Positions 1 through 11,320 of a stretch of DNA of 64,000 bases are shown piece after piece. The notes under the pieces were generated by a model. That model saw nothing but the letters and a program-made list of their open reading frames with translations. It ran no database searches and was not told the origin of the DNA. The first letter of the stretch is position 1. Each line of letters begins with the position of its first letter. Made by a program: the position numbers and the translations under genes. The DNA is taken from NCBI GenBank assembly GCA_002269645.1, contig NIVC01000202.1, positions 310,001-374,000 on the forward strand, read 5' to 3'. The stretch is from Macrostomum lignano. Lineage: Eukaryota.

Positions 1-420
1 CTACTGGGCTTCGTGAAATACAAGATTATATTTAGGTTTAAATAAACGAACTTTTGCGGATTTGGTCACATCCTAAGCCAAACAATTGCTATTGTACCAG
101 AAACCTACTTTTATTCTACTAAATTCTGTACTTTTTTGAGAATTTTACGGCAGGTGTAAAAATTTTTTTGCTTTGTAGCCTTACTTTGTTTTTCTAGCGG
201 TACACATTTAAACATAAAAAATTCATTACTTTTCTTCGTCGGCGGACTCGTCCACTATCGATCACTATTCAAACATAATTGAAGCTTGCTTATTCTGAAC
301 AGAAGCATTTATCTGTTCATATTATTTTCTTTTTTAGAAAGTTCCAAAATAATTGTTGAATTTTTAGTCGTCAAGTTTTTTATTATTTCTTATCGATCTT
401 CTATCGAATCAGTCAAGCAA

Positions 421-434
421 ATGTCCTTGACGAA
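421..434 (+). CDS. SNW1: SNW1/SKIP (Prp45) exon 1, micro-exon ATG TCC TTG ACG AA
   Basis: ATG at 421 is followed by a perfect GTAAGT donor at 435. The phase-2 join to 3831 gives MSLTKLIPSPTQ, matching the SNW1 N-terminus (human MALTSFLPAPTQ). Confidence 0.8.
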
Positions 435-1406
435 GTAAGTAGTCTGTTTTTTACATTGGCCTAATTGACAAGCCAATTCATGTTTATAGTTCAATTAAGT
501 ATATAAAATTCAGCAAATTCAGGCTTGCAATCTTGGGCTTCTATCTTTCTTTTGAAAAAATAAAACAAAAAACAATTACCAAGTTAGGGCCTATAGACCT
601 AAGTTGTTAGTAGGCCCCTAGGCAGGCCAGAGAAACATAATCGATTCAAACTGATACCAAGTATACAGTCATTTCGTCTGCCACAAAATATTTAAATAAT
701 TCCATGACCATAGTTCAGATTGTGTATTAGTGTATGTTGGGTCTAATGAATGGTGGGAAGAAGTACAAGACCTTGTTTGAATGCTGGGACCTAAAAATGT
801 GTCATTGACACAACATTTCCATTGTCATGTATGCCGGGATATAAGCTGATATAAGCTGAATGAAAAAGTAGCCTTGCTGTATCTCAGAAAATCCCAGTAT
901 ACATGTCACTTTCCAACCTATGGTTTTAAATACAATATTAGTATTTTAAGTTTAGAATTAGACCTAGTATTCTGCCATAGCTATGGCTATGGCTATGGGA
1001 TTCTTATAGCAAATATGGTAAAATAAGACCTTTTAAACTTTGTCTGACTTGGAATATTTCAACCATTACACTAACCAACTTATAATGCAGTTAAATTATA
1101 GGTTGGAATAATGGTTGGAATATTCTGACTCTTATTCTTATTGATTATTAAATACATTGCAAGAGTCCAAATATCATTCTAACTAACTCTTAATCTAAGT
1201 TAGTGCAAGCTCTTTAAAGTGAATTGCATATTTTAAACAAGTGTAGCTGTCAGAAAGGCTTTATTTAAGTGACTAAAAACTAAAATAAAAAACTTTTTGC
1301 ATAAAAATGTTCATGTTTCTAAATTTTTAAATGCTAAAAATTGAATTTCTATACTAGTTTTACATTTTTTATTTAGACTCTTGCAATGTATTTAATAATC
1401 AGTCTA

Positions 1407-1574
1407 TACATGTGTAACCTTATGAATCACTTGGCCATTTCTATTGGCAATACACACATATAAGTTGCTATTGGCTGGGAGTAGTCATGTGACTACTATT
1501 CCATCTAATAACAACTTACATGTGTGTTGCCAATAGAAATAGCCAGGTGAATCCCTAGGTTGTGCCCAAGCATG
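1407..1574. mobile_element. Foldback/MITE-like palindromic element, copy 1
   Basis: Arms of about 65 bp (ccatttctattggcaa...gttgctattgg / ...ttgccaatagaaat) surround the centre agtagtca-tg-tgactact. A second copy is at 2332-2503. Confidence 0.65.
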
Positions 1575-2331
1575 AATCAATCAGGCAGAATAAGCCATAG
1601 TCTAGAATGTGGCCTTTATGCTAGAAAATTCTGGTATAATTTTGCTCTCGCTGACAATCTTGGCATACACTTGGCAGTTGGCATATAGAATTTTCAGGTT
1701 TAACATGTTTAACATACACATAGTTGGCATACAAAAATAGCCGAGTTCAGGGTTAATATAATTGTGTAGTAAAATATCAACCAGTATCTAAGCTCTTTTA
1801 AAATTAATTGAAAAATAGAATAAAAATATTAATTCAATTTATGAGAAAAAACAAAATTAAAACAAAGAATATCAGTTTTTAGCAAAAAACTACTATTGTA
1901 AAGTTTAGTAAAACTCTTTTATTTATATAATTTCTCTAAAAAAATTGGCGTATAAGCAACTCTGGGTTCTCAGTGTAAAAGTTTCTTTAAATTTTATGTT
2001 GGCATTAAATTGAAAAAAAATATGAATTTTCATTCTGGTGTATGCCTACCATGATCTGGACTATGGAGAATAAGAGTTGGAATGATATTCAGACTCTTGA
2101 AATGTATTAGATAATCAGTCAAAATAACAGTTGGAATAATCCAAGTTGGACAAAGTTTAAAAGGTATAAAATAGGTGCCTACAGCAACTACAAATATACC
2201 TATGGTAAATAGCTACTCTTATGGGTACAACTATGGATATATAGTAAATATTGTCATATTCTATAGATTGTCATAGCCATAGTTGTTAATTTAAAAAAAT
2301 ATTAAAAACAAGTAGAGTAAAACATCCATGG

Positions 2332-2503
2332 TACATGTGCAACCTTGGGATTCACCCGATCATTTCTATTGGCAACACACACACATGTAAGTTGCTATTG
2401 GCTAAGAGCAGTCATGTGACTATTATTCTATCCAATAGCAACTTACATGTGTGTGTTGCCAATAGAAATGGCCAAGTGAATCCCTAGGTTGCACCCAAGC
2501 ATG
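2332..2503. mobile_element. Foldback/MITE-like palindromic element, copy 2
   Basis: tgcaacct.gggattcac...catttctattggcaacacac..catgtaagttgctattgg pairs with its near-perfect reverse complement ending ...gtgaatccctaggttgca. Confidence 0.65.
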
Positions 2504-2925
2504 GAATAAAACAAAGATACTTTAGTAAATTGTATTATAGACTTTGAAACTGAAACTATAAACTAATATTTATAGATTATGCTTAATAAAGTACAATAAA
2601 ACATTAGCAAACTCTAAATTTTAACAATGTGAAACATTTTTGTTTTAGTACTTTCAGTCTGTAAAATATTTTTATAGATTAAGTATTGTTACTCTGTAAA
2701 AAAGATGAAATATAATCTTTCAGAGGCAATCAAGTGTTTGTTTTATTTTCTACTTAAATTTACAGTTGTTTTAGCAGTAGGTTATCTTTTTGATTCAAAA
2801 TATTTTGTTTCCTAGATTTTTTGTTAAAACTATGGCTATGGGAACTATGGTAATATGATAATATTAGGGTCCCTATGGCTATGGAATATGGAGAATCGGA
2901 ATAAATGTTTTATATAGTTTTGAGA

Positions 2926-3062
2926 GTGTGTGGCAACCCCATAGTCTTTGGACTAAACAGCTATATGTAGCCTTTAGATATGCCATGCAATAGCTATAGC
3001 TAAGCTGTTGGTTGCACATCTGGCCCAATCAGGGCAGGTGTAATCTATTATTATGAATTATT
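2926..3062 (+). mobile_element. 3' fragment of SINE family 1, heavily C>T/G>A mutated
   Basis: Aligns without gaps over about 118 nt to the 3' half of the copies at 23294, 47960 and 57549. It ends gcaggtgtaat followed by a tat-rich tail. Confidence 0.8.
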
Positions 3063-3830
3063 TTTTACAAGTTCAGGCAGAGAAATATTGCACAGATAGT
3101 AATACAATTATTATACAGAGGGTGCCCAGGTGATTTATAGATTATCCCCAAAGTTTATTCTAATATACATATATATTGTGCCATTTTCTCAATTATGGAT
3201 ACAATCATTCCATATAGTTTAAATTGAAACATTATATATACCTTTTTGGAATAAACTCTAAAAATATATAGTCTTGCATTATGGGTCTAGCAAAAATGTG
3301 CCAAGGGGTCACTCTCTAAGGTTAAGGTATATAGGCCACATCAAAGGGGTCACCAAATGTGCACTGGGGCCTAGGAGGCATTGCAAGAATAAATTACCTT
3401 AAAGGACTTTGGCACTTTGCATTGGTCTGATAGTGGTAGCACACCAACAAATAGAGCACACTAGTTAACTTTGCCAACTTTCGATGTTTTGACATTTAGG
3501 CCAGCCATTCTGTGCATGGCCATTTTGACATGGATTTCAAACACTGCGCCAAGTGTTACACTGCACTGCGCTGCACCAAGCACTGCATCACAGACCACAT
3601 CATAGCATCCAAGCATCGCCTAAGTAGCAAAATTAGCAGTTTTTGGTCATTAATTTAGTTACAATGTTAAAATCAAAATTTAAAGCTGCAAAATTAAGCA
3701 GACCAATTAACAGGGTCTCTGGGACCTGAAAAGAGTAGTTTTGATATCTCTTACTCTAATTGTCAATTGTGACATTGCATTTAATGACAGCACGTCAATC
3801 AATTATTGTAAACCCAACCTTATCACACAG

Positions 3831-4289
3831 GTTAATCCCCAGTCCAACCCAGCGCCTATCCGAGCGGTCAACTCCAGCAGCCGCCAATGCTGCATCGGCC
3901 GCCGACAAGCCGCTAGTTGCCGTGCAGTCCGCCGCCCCGCCCTATGGCCATCGGCGCGGTTGGACACCCGACGACAGGAGGATTTCGGCGACGGCGGCGC
4001 CTTCCCGGAGATTCATTCGCGCCAGTACCCGCTGGGCATGGGGCAGCCGCAGTCTGCCAGCTCCGGCCCCACCCTGCCAATGACGCTGGGCGCCGATGGT
4101 CGGGTCAACTTTGACGCCGTCGTCCGTCAGGGACAACGGGCCGACAAAGTTGTGCACAGCAAATTTAGCGACCTGCTGCCCAAACCCATCGATGAAGATG
4201 ATCCCAGCTTCCAGCGACCGGATGAAGAGTCTATCAAAGATCTGACTGAGAAGACTAGGGATGCTCTCCAGCGCTTGGTTGAGTCTAAG
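3831..4289 (+). CDS. SNW1: SNW1 exon 2 (contains a 1-nt frameshift at about 3967-3970)
   Basis: CAG acceptor at 3828-3830 and GTGAGG donor at 4290. It encodes PPYGHRRGWTP, then in a shifted frame RRQEDFGDGGAFPEIH..QYPLGMG...FQRPDEESIKDLTEKTR, which are diagnostic SKIP/SNW motifs. Confidence 0.93.
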
Positions 4290-4339
4290 GTGAGGCACGA
4301 GACCGTTTCCTTTGTTAGTAAACTTGTTGGGTCAGAGGG

Positions 4340-4900
4340 ATTAGTCTCGTGGATCAGCGGGTCAGGTCACCATCCCCATCTGGCTACTGTAGTGAGTCAG
4401 CGGGTCAGGTCAGGTCACCATCCTGATCTGGCTAGTGTAGTGGGTCAGTGGTCAGGTCACAATCCTTATCTGGCTAGTGTAGTGAGTCAAGTGGGTCAGG
4501 TCAGGTCATCATCCTCATCTGTCTAGTGTAGTGGGTCAGTGGGTCAGGTCACAATCCTCATCTGTCTAGTGTAGTGGGTCAGCGGGTCAGGTCAGGTCAC
4601 CATCCCCATCTGGCTAGTGTTGTGGGTCAGTGGGTCAGGTCACCATCCCCATCTGGCTAGTGTTGTGGGTCAGTGGGTCAGGTCACCATCCTCATCTGGC
4701 TAGTGTAGTAAGTCAGTGGGTCAGGTCATCATCCTCATCTGGCTAGTGTAGTGAGTCAGTGGGTCAGGTCATCATCCTCATCTGGCTAGTGTAGTGAGTC
4801 AGTGGGTCAGGTCACCATCCTCATCTGGCTAGTGTTGTGGGTCAGCGGATCAGGTCACCATCCTCATCTGGCTAGTGTTGTGGGTCAGTGGGTCAGGTCA
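4340..4900 (+). repeat. About 42-47-bp minisatellite in SNW1 intron 2
   Basis: Unit ggtcaggtcaccatcctcatctggctagtgtagtgggtcagtg, about 12 copies. Confidence 0.9.
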
Positions 4901-4987
4901 CTATCCTCACCATCCTCCCTCTCAGAAGTTTACCGCAGCCAATCCACTGTGCAATGTCCAGCACTAATTCCCCTCTCGAACCCGCAG

Positions 4988-6154
4988 GCGGCTGCTTCGA
5001 ACCCGGTGCGCAGTGCTGAGCGTACGGGGCCGGCCCAGTTCATTCGGTACACCCCCAGCCAGCAGGGCGCCGGCTACAATTCCGGCTCAGCCCAGCGAAT
5101 AGTTCGAATGGTGGAAGCCCAGAAAGACCCAATGGAGCCGCCGAGATTCCGCATCAGCAAGAAGGTGCCCCGCGGACCGCCCAGCCCGCCTGCCACGGTG
5201 ATGCACTCGCCGCCGCGCAAGGTCACCTCCAAGGAGCAGGCCGATTGGAAAATTCCGCCCTGCGTGTCCAATTGGAAAAATCCCAAAGGCTACACAATCC
5301 CGCTAGATAAGCGAGTCGCCGCCGACGGTCGCGGACTGCAGGGCGTCCACGTCAACGAGAAATTCGTCATGCTAGCCGAGGCGCTGCACACGGCCGAGGT
5401 GAAGAGCCGCGAGGCCGTCAGCATGCGGGCCAAGGTGGCCAGCCGCATGCAGCAGGCCCAGCGCGAGAAGCACGAGGAGACGCTGCAACAGATCGCTAGT
5501 CGGGCGCGTGGCGAACGCGCCGGTCTGGCGCCGGCTGCCGAAGCGGCCGAAGCCGCGGCCGAGGCGCGGGAACGCGACGCCATCCGTCGGGAGCGCGCCG
5601 AGCAGCGGGCGCACGAGCGCAACAGGAAAGGCGGTGGCGGCGCCAACGACCGCGACCGGGACATCTCCGAGCAGATCGCGCTGGGCCGGCCAGCTCTGCA
5701 GCGGAACCAGCAGGACCCGGAGGCGGCGTTCGACTCGCGCCTGTTCAACCAGGACGCCGGCCTGGCCTCGGGATTCCACGCCGGCGAAGACGAGATCTAC
5801 AACGTGTACGACCAGCCTTGGCGGGCCAACGCGTCCAGCGCCGGCCATCTGTACCGGCCGACCAAAGGCCTGGAGGAAGGCGCCAGCGCCGACGAGGAGC
5901 TCGGCCGGCTCGCCTCGGGCACCGGCCGGTTTGTGCCGGACCGGCGCTTCGAAGGCACCGGCGGCGGCGCTGGAGGAAGTCGGCGAGATGGGCCGGTGCA
6001 GTTCGAGAAGCAGGTCGAAGAGGACCCGTTCGGCTTGGACGACCTGTTCGACAAAGTCAAACGGTCGGAGACGGTCGGCACCGGCAGCAAGCGGCCGGCG
6101 TCCGGGCATCGGGACGAGGGCGGCAGCGGACGGAAGCGGGATCGTCGGGATTGA
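4988..6154 (+). CDS. SNW1: SNW1 exon 3 (SNW domain to stop)
   Basis: CCCGCAG acceptor. It encodes QFIRYTPSQQG, KDPMEPPRF, KIPPCVSNWKNPKGYTIPLDKR, RDISEQIALG and EDPFGLD, with TGA at 6152-6154. The full protein is about 546 aa once the frameshift is corrected. Confidence 0.97.
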   Translation, partial: AAASNPVRSAERTGPAQFIRYTPSQQGAGYNSGSAQRIVRMVEAQKDPMEPPRFRISKKVPRGPPSPPATVMHSPPRKVTSKEQADWKIPPCVSNWKNPKGYTIPLDKRVAADGRGLQGVHVNEKFVMLAEALHTAEVKSREAVSMRAKVASRMQQAQREKHEETLQQIASRARGERAGLAPAAEAAEAAAEARERDAIRRERAEQRAHERNRKGGGGANDRDRDISEQIALGRPALQRNQQDPEAAFDSRLFNQDAGLASGFHAGEDEIYNVYDQPWRANASSAGHLYRPTKGLEEGASADEELGRLASGTGRFVPDRRFEGTGGGAGGSRRDGPVQFEKQVEEDPFGLDDLFDKVKRSETVGTGSKRPASGHRDEGGSGRKRDRRD

Positions 6155-6382
6155 GCAGAGTCGGACAGCTGCTGCCGACTTGGCATTTCTTTGTTTATTT
6201 GTCAGATTGAGAACGGTCTTAATATTGCCAAGCTTGTGTATGTAAATGGCAATCCAAGGAATTCTCTATGTTCGCTCTGCTTCCTAGGAAGCGACACTCC
6301 AAGTTCCAAGTTTATCAGTTTAGTTTCAATAAAGAAATAATTGCTTTGGCGGCAGTAGATTTAGCCTTGTCCATGGGCAAAG

Positions 6383-6385
6383 ATG

Positions 6386-6439
<54 letters not shown>

Positions 6440-6465
6440 CAGATAGACAGAAAGATAGATAATAG
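6383..6465 (+). repeat. (GATA)n microsatellite
   Basis: Direct reading of the sequence. Confidence 0.95.
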
Positions 6466-7333
6466 ATATGACAGTTTGCTGCTGCCGGTATCCTTTGCGC
6501 TGATGTACATGGCCGAATTATCAACTTGGTTGCCTTTTTCGACTATGTGTATGTCTATGGGCAAAACCAAGTCTACCGCTGCCAAATGGCAATTCTCAAC
6601 TTGGCTGACAAAGCAGTACCTATCGGTATAAGCGATTAAGTATAATTGGCTACCTTAGTGGTGGAGAGTGGCAGAGAGACCGCTAATCTCAAATCTATTT
6701 CAGATGTCTATGGGCCAACTTATAAATTTGCTATTTAAATCAACCAGGTGGGGAGTCCCCGTTCGCTCTACTCGTTCGTTAGAGATAGGCTACAGAACTG
6801 CATTCGTCCTTGTTGGGTGATTGCTCTCGTGTTTATTGCAATGTTTTTCCTGCTCTAACTTGTAACATGAACTGTTATTTTGCTTGTGTGTGCATTCGTA
6901 TGTTGTTGTTGTTTCCTGTTTTTTAAAGTCTGCTAGCGCGGCTACAACATCGCTAACAATTACATACTTTCATTTTGGGACATTTTAAAGCTGCAAAAAT
7001 ATGGTGATTCTATTGTTCTTTTGTGTTTCTCTCCTCATCAATTAATAACTCCCAGCGGTAGCATAACCCCCGCTATTATTTGTTTTATTTCATTGACAGT
7101 TGGGAAAAATTTTTCTTTGGTGAAACCTGTGTCAAGTTTGCTATCCCTTTTGGGGTTATTATCTTATACCTCACTTTGCGGCAACTTCTCACTCACAATT
7201 CAACCCTCAAGTTACGCAACTACTCATAGGCCGCCGCGAGGAAGGGGAAGCTTATTGAATCAATAATAAACGTCAGTCGCACAAAATCAACAGTTTACTT
7301 TTTATGCAATATGCCGGTTAGAATCGCGATGCT

Positions 7334-7690
7334 TTATAACGCGTGTGGGATCTCCTCACACGCAGAAGTGCGGCGACTCTGCGGTGCATCCCCAGCTGAT
7401 GAGGCGGTGCAGAAAGTCCTGGGGGAGGCTGCTGCCAAGCGTTCTCAATGGCATGACGCAGCTCCGTAACAATCTGTGGTGGATTCTCTTTTCAAATGCT
7501 GCGTTTTAGGAAGTCGCAGACATGCTCGATGGGATTCATGTCTGGGGACCGGGAAGGCCAGCGCAGAGTGCGCAGCTGTAGGCCTGTAGTTGTTCTTTCA
7601 GTTGACTGACAGCATCGGCTCGGTGTGGCGGCGCGTTGTCATCCTGGACAAGCCCCAAGTGGCTTTGAACTGATGGAATTTCCATGAAGA
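7334..7690 (-). mobile_element. Degenerate Tc1-family (DD34E-type) transposase C-terminal remnant
   Basis: The minus strand reads QDDNAPPHRA...DMNPIEHVCDFLKRSI*..TELRHAIENAW..QDFLHRLI..MHRRVAALL...HTRY*, with stops and frameshifts. Confidence 0.85.
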
Positions 7691-8177
7691 TAAATAATTT
7701 CATGTTTTAGATGTAGGGTTGCTATAGTCCTGACTCTATAAGATTGTAAAACCTGGCACCAAACCGGTGAAACTTCTAAAAAGAAGAGTTTTTCCTATGG
7801 TTTTTGCCTCTTTCCAAATAATTCTGCAGTTGTCTGCTCCATCAAGCTAAAATGGCACGGGTGACAGCACATGCTCTTAAACCTCATGCAGGTTGTCAGA
7901 TGGGGGCTTTTATATTACAAGAGTTTCTCCACTTTTCACAAGATTTCCCAAGAAGCAGAAAACGACCTTCGCCGTCATGATTACTATAACTATAACTTAT
8001 AATTTTATAGTTAAACAGAAACTGCTTTAAACTAAATATACCCTGCTGCAGCGTCAGAATGTAAATCTGCATGTGTATCGGGCAAGGGGCGCCTCCATGG
8101 ATTTTATGGTGGGGGGAGGACAAAATGTTTTCATGACTAAATTCCTTCATTTCCATTATTTTATGAATCGGGGTGTC

Positions 8178-8322
8178 AGCGCTCATTTTGGCGCAGCAGG
8201 CACTCATTTTAGCGCCGCAGGCATTCATTTTGGCGCCGCAGGCATTCATTTTAGCGCCACAGGCTCTCATTTTGGCACCGCAGGCGCTACATTTTGGTGC
8301 CGCAGGCGCTACATTTTGGCGC
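8178..8322 (+). repeat. 21-bp minisatellite
   Basis: Unit ggcattcattttagcgccgca, about 7 copies. Confidence 0.85.
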
Positions 8323-8354
8323 CATGAAGAAAAATCGAATCTGTGCAATTTCAG

Positions 8355-8749
8355 ACAAATGTGCAACCAATACTGCGAGCTGGAATTACGTCTGTCCTAC
8401 CAGACAGGACTGGGAGTACGCCAGTTTCACTGTACATGTATTCGCCGTAGATTACGACTCTGGCCAGAGTGAACTGATTGGGCAGTGCTCAGTGACCGGT
8501 TTTCCTGTCGGCAGCAGCCAGTGCACACTAATGAGGTCCGGTAGCTCCGAAAATAAAGGCACAATAAATTTCAATTTAGGTGAGCTTGGACGAGTAAATT
8601 TTGTTAATGTTTTTGTACTTCTGGTGGTTACTTTTTTAGTTCAATAGTCTCGCCGAAGGTCAGGTTTCGAGGTAAGTTCTTTCGGCATATTTCTCTAATT
8701 CTCTCATGCATGCATTGCAGATTTATGTGTCAGTTTAAATGTAAAGTAA
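8355..8749 (+). CDS. Orphan C2-domain-like coding exons (8355-8579, 8648-8671, possibly 8721-8749); 5' part unresolved
   Basis: TTTCAG acceptor and GTGAGC donor. The peptide ASWNYVCPTRQDWEYASFTVHVFAVDYDSGQSELIGQCSVT...KGTINFNL resembles a C2 domain of copine type. A 24-nt phase 1-1 micro-exon with a GTAAGT donor follows. Confidence 0.45.
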
Positions 8750-9341
8750 AGTCTGTTGTACGTTGTACATTCATGTTAAAGATGTTTCTCTTTGTGTATA
8801 CAAAATTGTATGTTTAGCTACATGTACGGAAAAAAACTTTTGGCAGGGGCAAATCGCGGAGACCCATAACCCTTTGTAGTCTCCAAAGGAGATCTTAAAC
8901 CCGTAAAGGTAGCTTTCGCTACACAATTATATGTACATAAAATATGACATGGTAGATTGTGCATGGTAAATTATAGAATTGGCAATCAGATTAAATGTAG
9001 TCATTGCAGATTATGTGATGAAAAAATTTGATTATTTCCAATCTCCATCGTGTAGTTTTTCGAGGAAATCGGCCTCCTAAAAATTACATGACCTTTGAGT
9101 TTTACGTCCTGTTATGCTATACATAAGGTCCCTTGAGGATCACGAATTGCCGATTACAATCAATATGCACAAAAAGACTTGCAGGCGAGCATGGACCGCA
9201 ATCGTAGCGAAGCAATTGGGTGTAGTACATCTACTTAAGAAACTGAAACATCCTAAAACGACTCAATTTCTGGAAAACAGCTCTGTGTTACGCGGTGTTT
9301 GTGATCGTAACTGCACAAAACCGTGACTATATAATAATCAC

Positions 9342-9589
9342 CTGCTCTCGCAAAGTGGTTTAATAGGCACACTTTCATCTTTGTCATTTGCCTTTTGCAT
9401 CTCCCCAAAAGCTAGGAACTCGAATTTCGGTTCAGTTTCATTCTCTCCATCTTCAGCTGCAGCATCATCTTCAACCGCGGTAGTAGAGGCAAATTATTGG
9501 CAGTATCATGGCTCTCAAGAAAGTGCAAGAATTAAGTTCATAAAGTCTTCGTCATCCTTCGTGCTCTGAGCAAGGAGTTGTCCTTGGTT
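9342..9589 (-). pseudogene. Pseudo-exon with three in-frame stops, acidic peptide
   Basis: TCTCAG acceptor and AG|GTGATT donor on the minus strand. It reads NQGQLLAQSTKDDEDFMNLILALS*EP*YCQ*FASTTAVEDDAAAEDGENETEPKFEFLAF... Confidence 0.3.
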
Positions 9590-11320
9590 CTGAGACGTGG
9601 AAAATACTTTAATTTCCAATTAAGTTCATTGCTAGATACGTTGGCTAAACTTTTGACAGGCAGATTTGCAACTTTGTTGAACCTACATGTATACTGTACA
9701 TGTACATGTATGGCTCAAACTCTCTCGTAAACCTTACACTGTACTAACGTTACGTCTCATGTTCCGCTTTTGTATATCTCTCTCACCTCGCAAACCCTTC
9801 TCTGGCCCACTGTAATTGAAAAATACCGATATTTTTATTTAAAAGAGCTTGTATGTACATAGTTATATGCACTGGATTATGGATTATACACTGTAATATT
9901 CGAATAATAGTGAATTTTGGATAATTATCGTGAGTACATATGTATATCATGCGTATTTCACGCATTTATAGAGTATTTCATTGTGAAAGAATTGAGCTAT
10001 CAGACAATATCATAGTAGCAGCAATTTAAATTGGCGCATCAAGAATATAAAAGTTAGTGGGGCCAAGCAGGCTTGCAAGATAGTTCTGAAAGTTTGCGTC
10101 AAAAATTATAGAAGCGCATGAAGTATAGATAGAATATTGTACCGTAACATGCCAATTTAGCAAAAGCTAGGGTCAAGGCCCCAAGCTGAAAAAGTTCCTA
10201 CAGTACAGACCGTATTCTTATAAAAACTGATATTTGCTTAGATCATAGCATCCATTTTAGCTTAGTGTAAAAATATCACCCGGAAAGCAGTGGAGTTAAA
10301 CAAACATAGCTTAAAATACAATTATTTACCTTTAAAGAAGCTATATATTTGCCAAAATAAGCCATAAACAGCATATATAGTGATTAAAAGCATTAATTAT
10401 CAAGAATCTTTAACATTTTTGGTTGCGCTTGTTTCCAATGTGTTTTTAAATGATCATTTTGACGATCAATTATTCACTTAAACATGCTAAATTTAACGGA
10501 TATCATACAATAAGTAAACAAAAATTTTTTGTGTATTGACATAGTAGCCACAAAGGTAGATAGATTAGACAATATAACTAATTTCAGCTTTATTTTATGC
10601 GCTCAAAAATACGAATGGTAACATATTTTATCTGCATACATTGATATTGATAGGTATGACTAACTGTGTCTGTCAGTATGTGACTGTGTTCTGTGTGTCC
10701 TTGTGTGACATTGAATGAGTATATTCATTAGCATTTAGCTTTTTGTGATTTCGTAAGATAATTTACATTTCATAAAGGCATCTTTAATATTTTATATATA
10801 TTTTAATAAATAATCATTGTCGAAGTTGTCAAAGCACAGTTTTATCGTTTTAAAATATGGAGTAAATTCCTTTTCAATATTAAATTAAATTTGTCTGTTA
10901 TCAATACAAAAATAACCAATTCTTTTGTCCGAAAATGTCCTATAAATATAAAATAGAACCTTAGAGTTAAAAGAAAATTAAAGTAAAATGGCCTGCGTTT
11001 AATTTAATATTTTATTATAATTACTATAAATTGCTAATTGTTATAGTAAACTATAAGTAGTTACTGAAGCAATTTTTGAAATAGTCAATTAAAATACTAA
11101 AAAGAAAAACCTAGTATTACTCATTTTAATCTTTTAGCATATTTTTGCAATAGCCCATTGTCACAAAAATTTACAATGAAATGTTAGATTTATATATTTT
11201 AAGTAATCTGTGCCATAATTTTCGATTTGAATATATACATCGAGTTCATTCAATAGTTAGTTTTCTTTATATTTCTATTTATTGATTTCTACTCTCCAGC
11301 ACGCACCAGATGATGTGAAG

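Noticed and set aside
4802-4987. N-terminal 62 aa of the 450-aa ORF
   Set aside because: This is intronic minisatellite sequence upstream of the true acceptor at 4987.
5074-6245. Antisense and alternative-frame ORFs over SNW1 exon 3 (likewise over TTC29, WDR88 and HCN exons)
   Set aside because: These are shadow ORFs expected from GC-rich coding sequence and have no recognisable domains.
7395-7418. Hammerhead ribozyme core CTGATGAG...GAAA (also CTGATGA at 45076 and 54554)
   Set aside because: The stem II closing pair, the GAAA position or stems I and III are missing. The first site is simply the antisense strand of Tc1 coding sequence.
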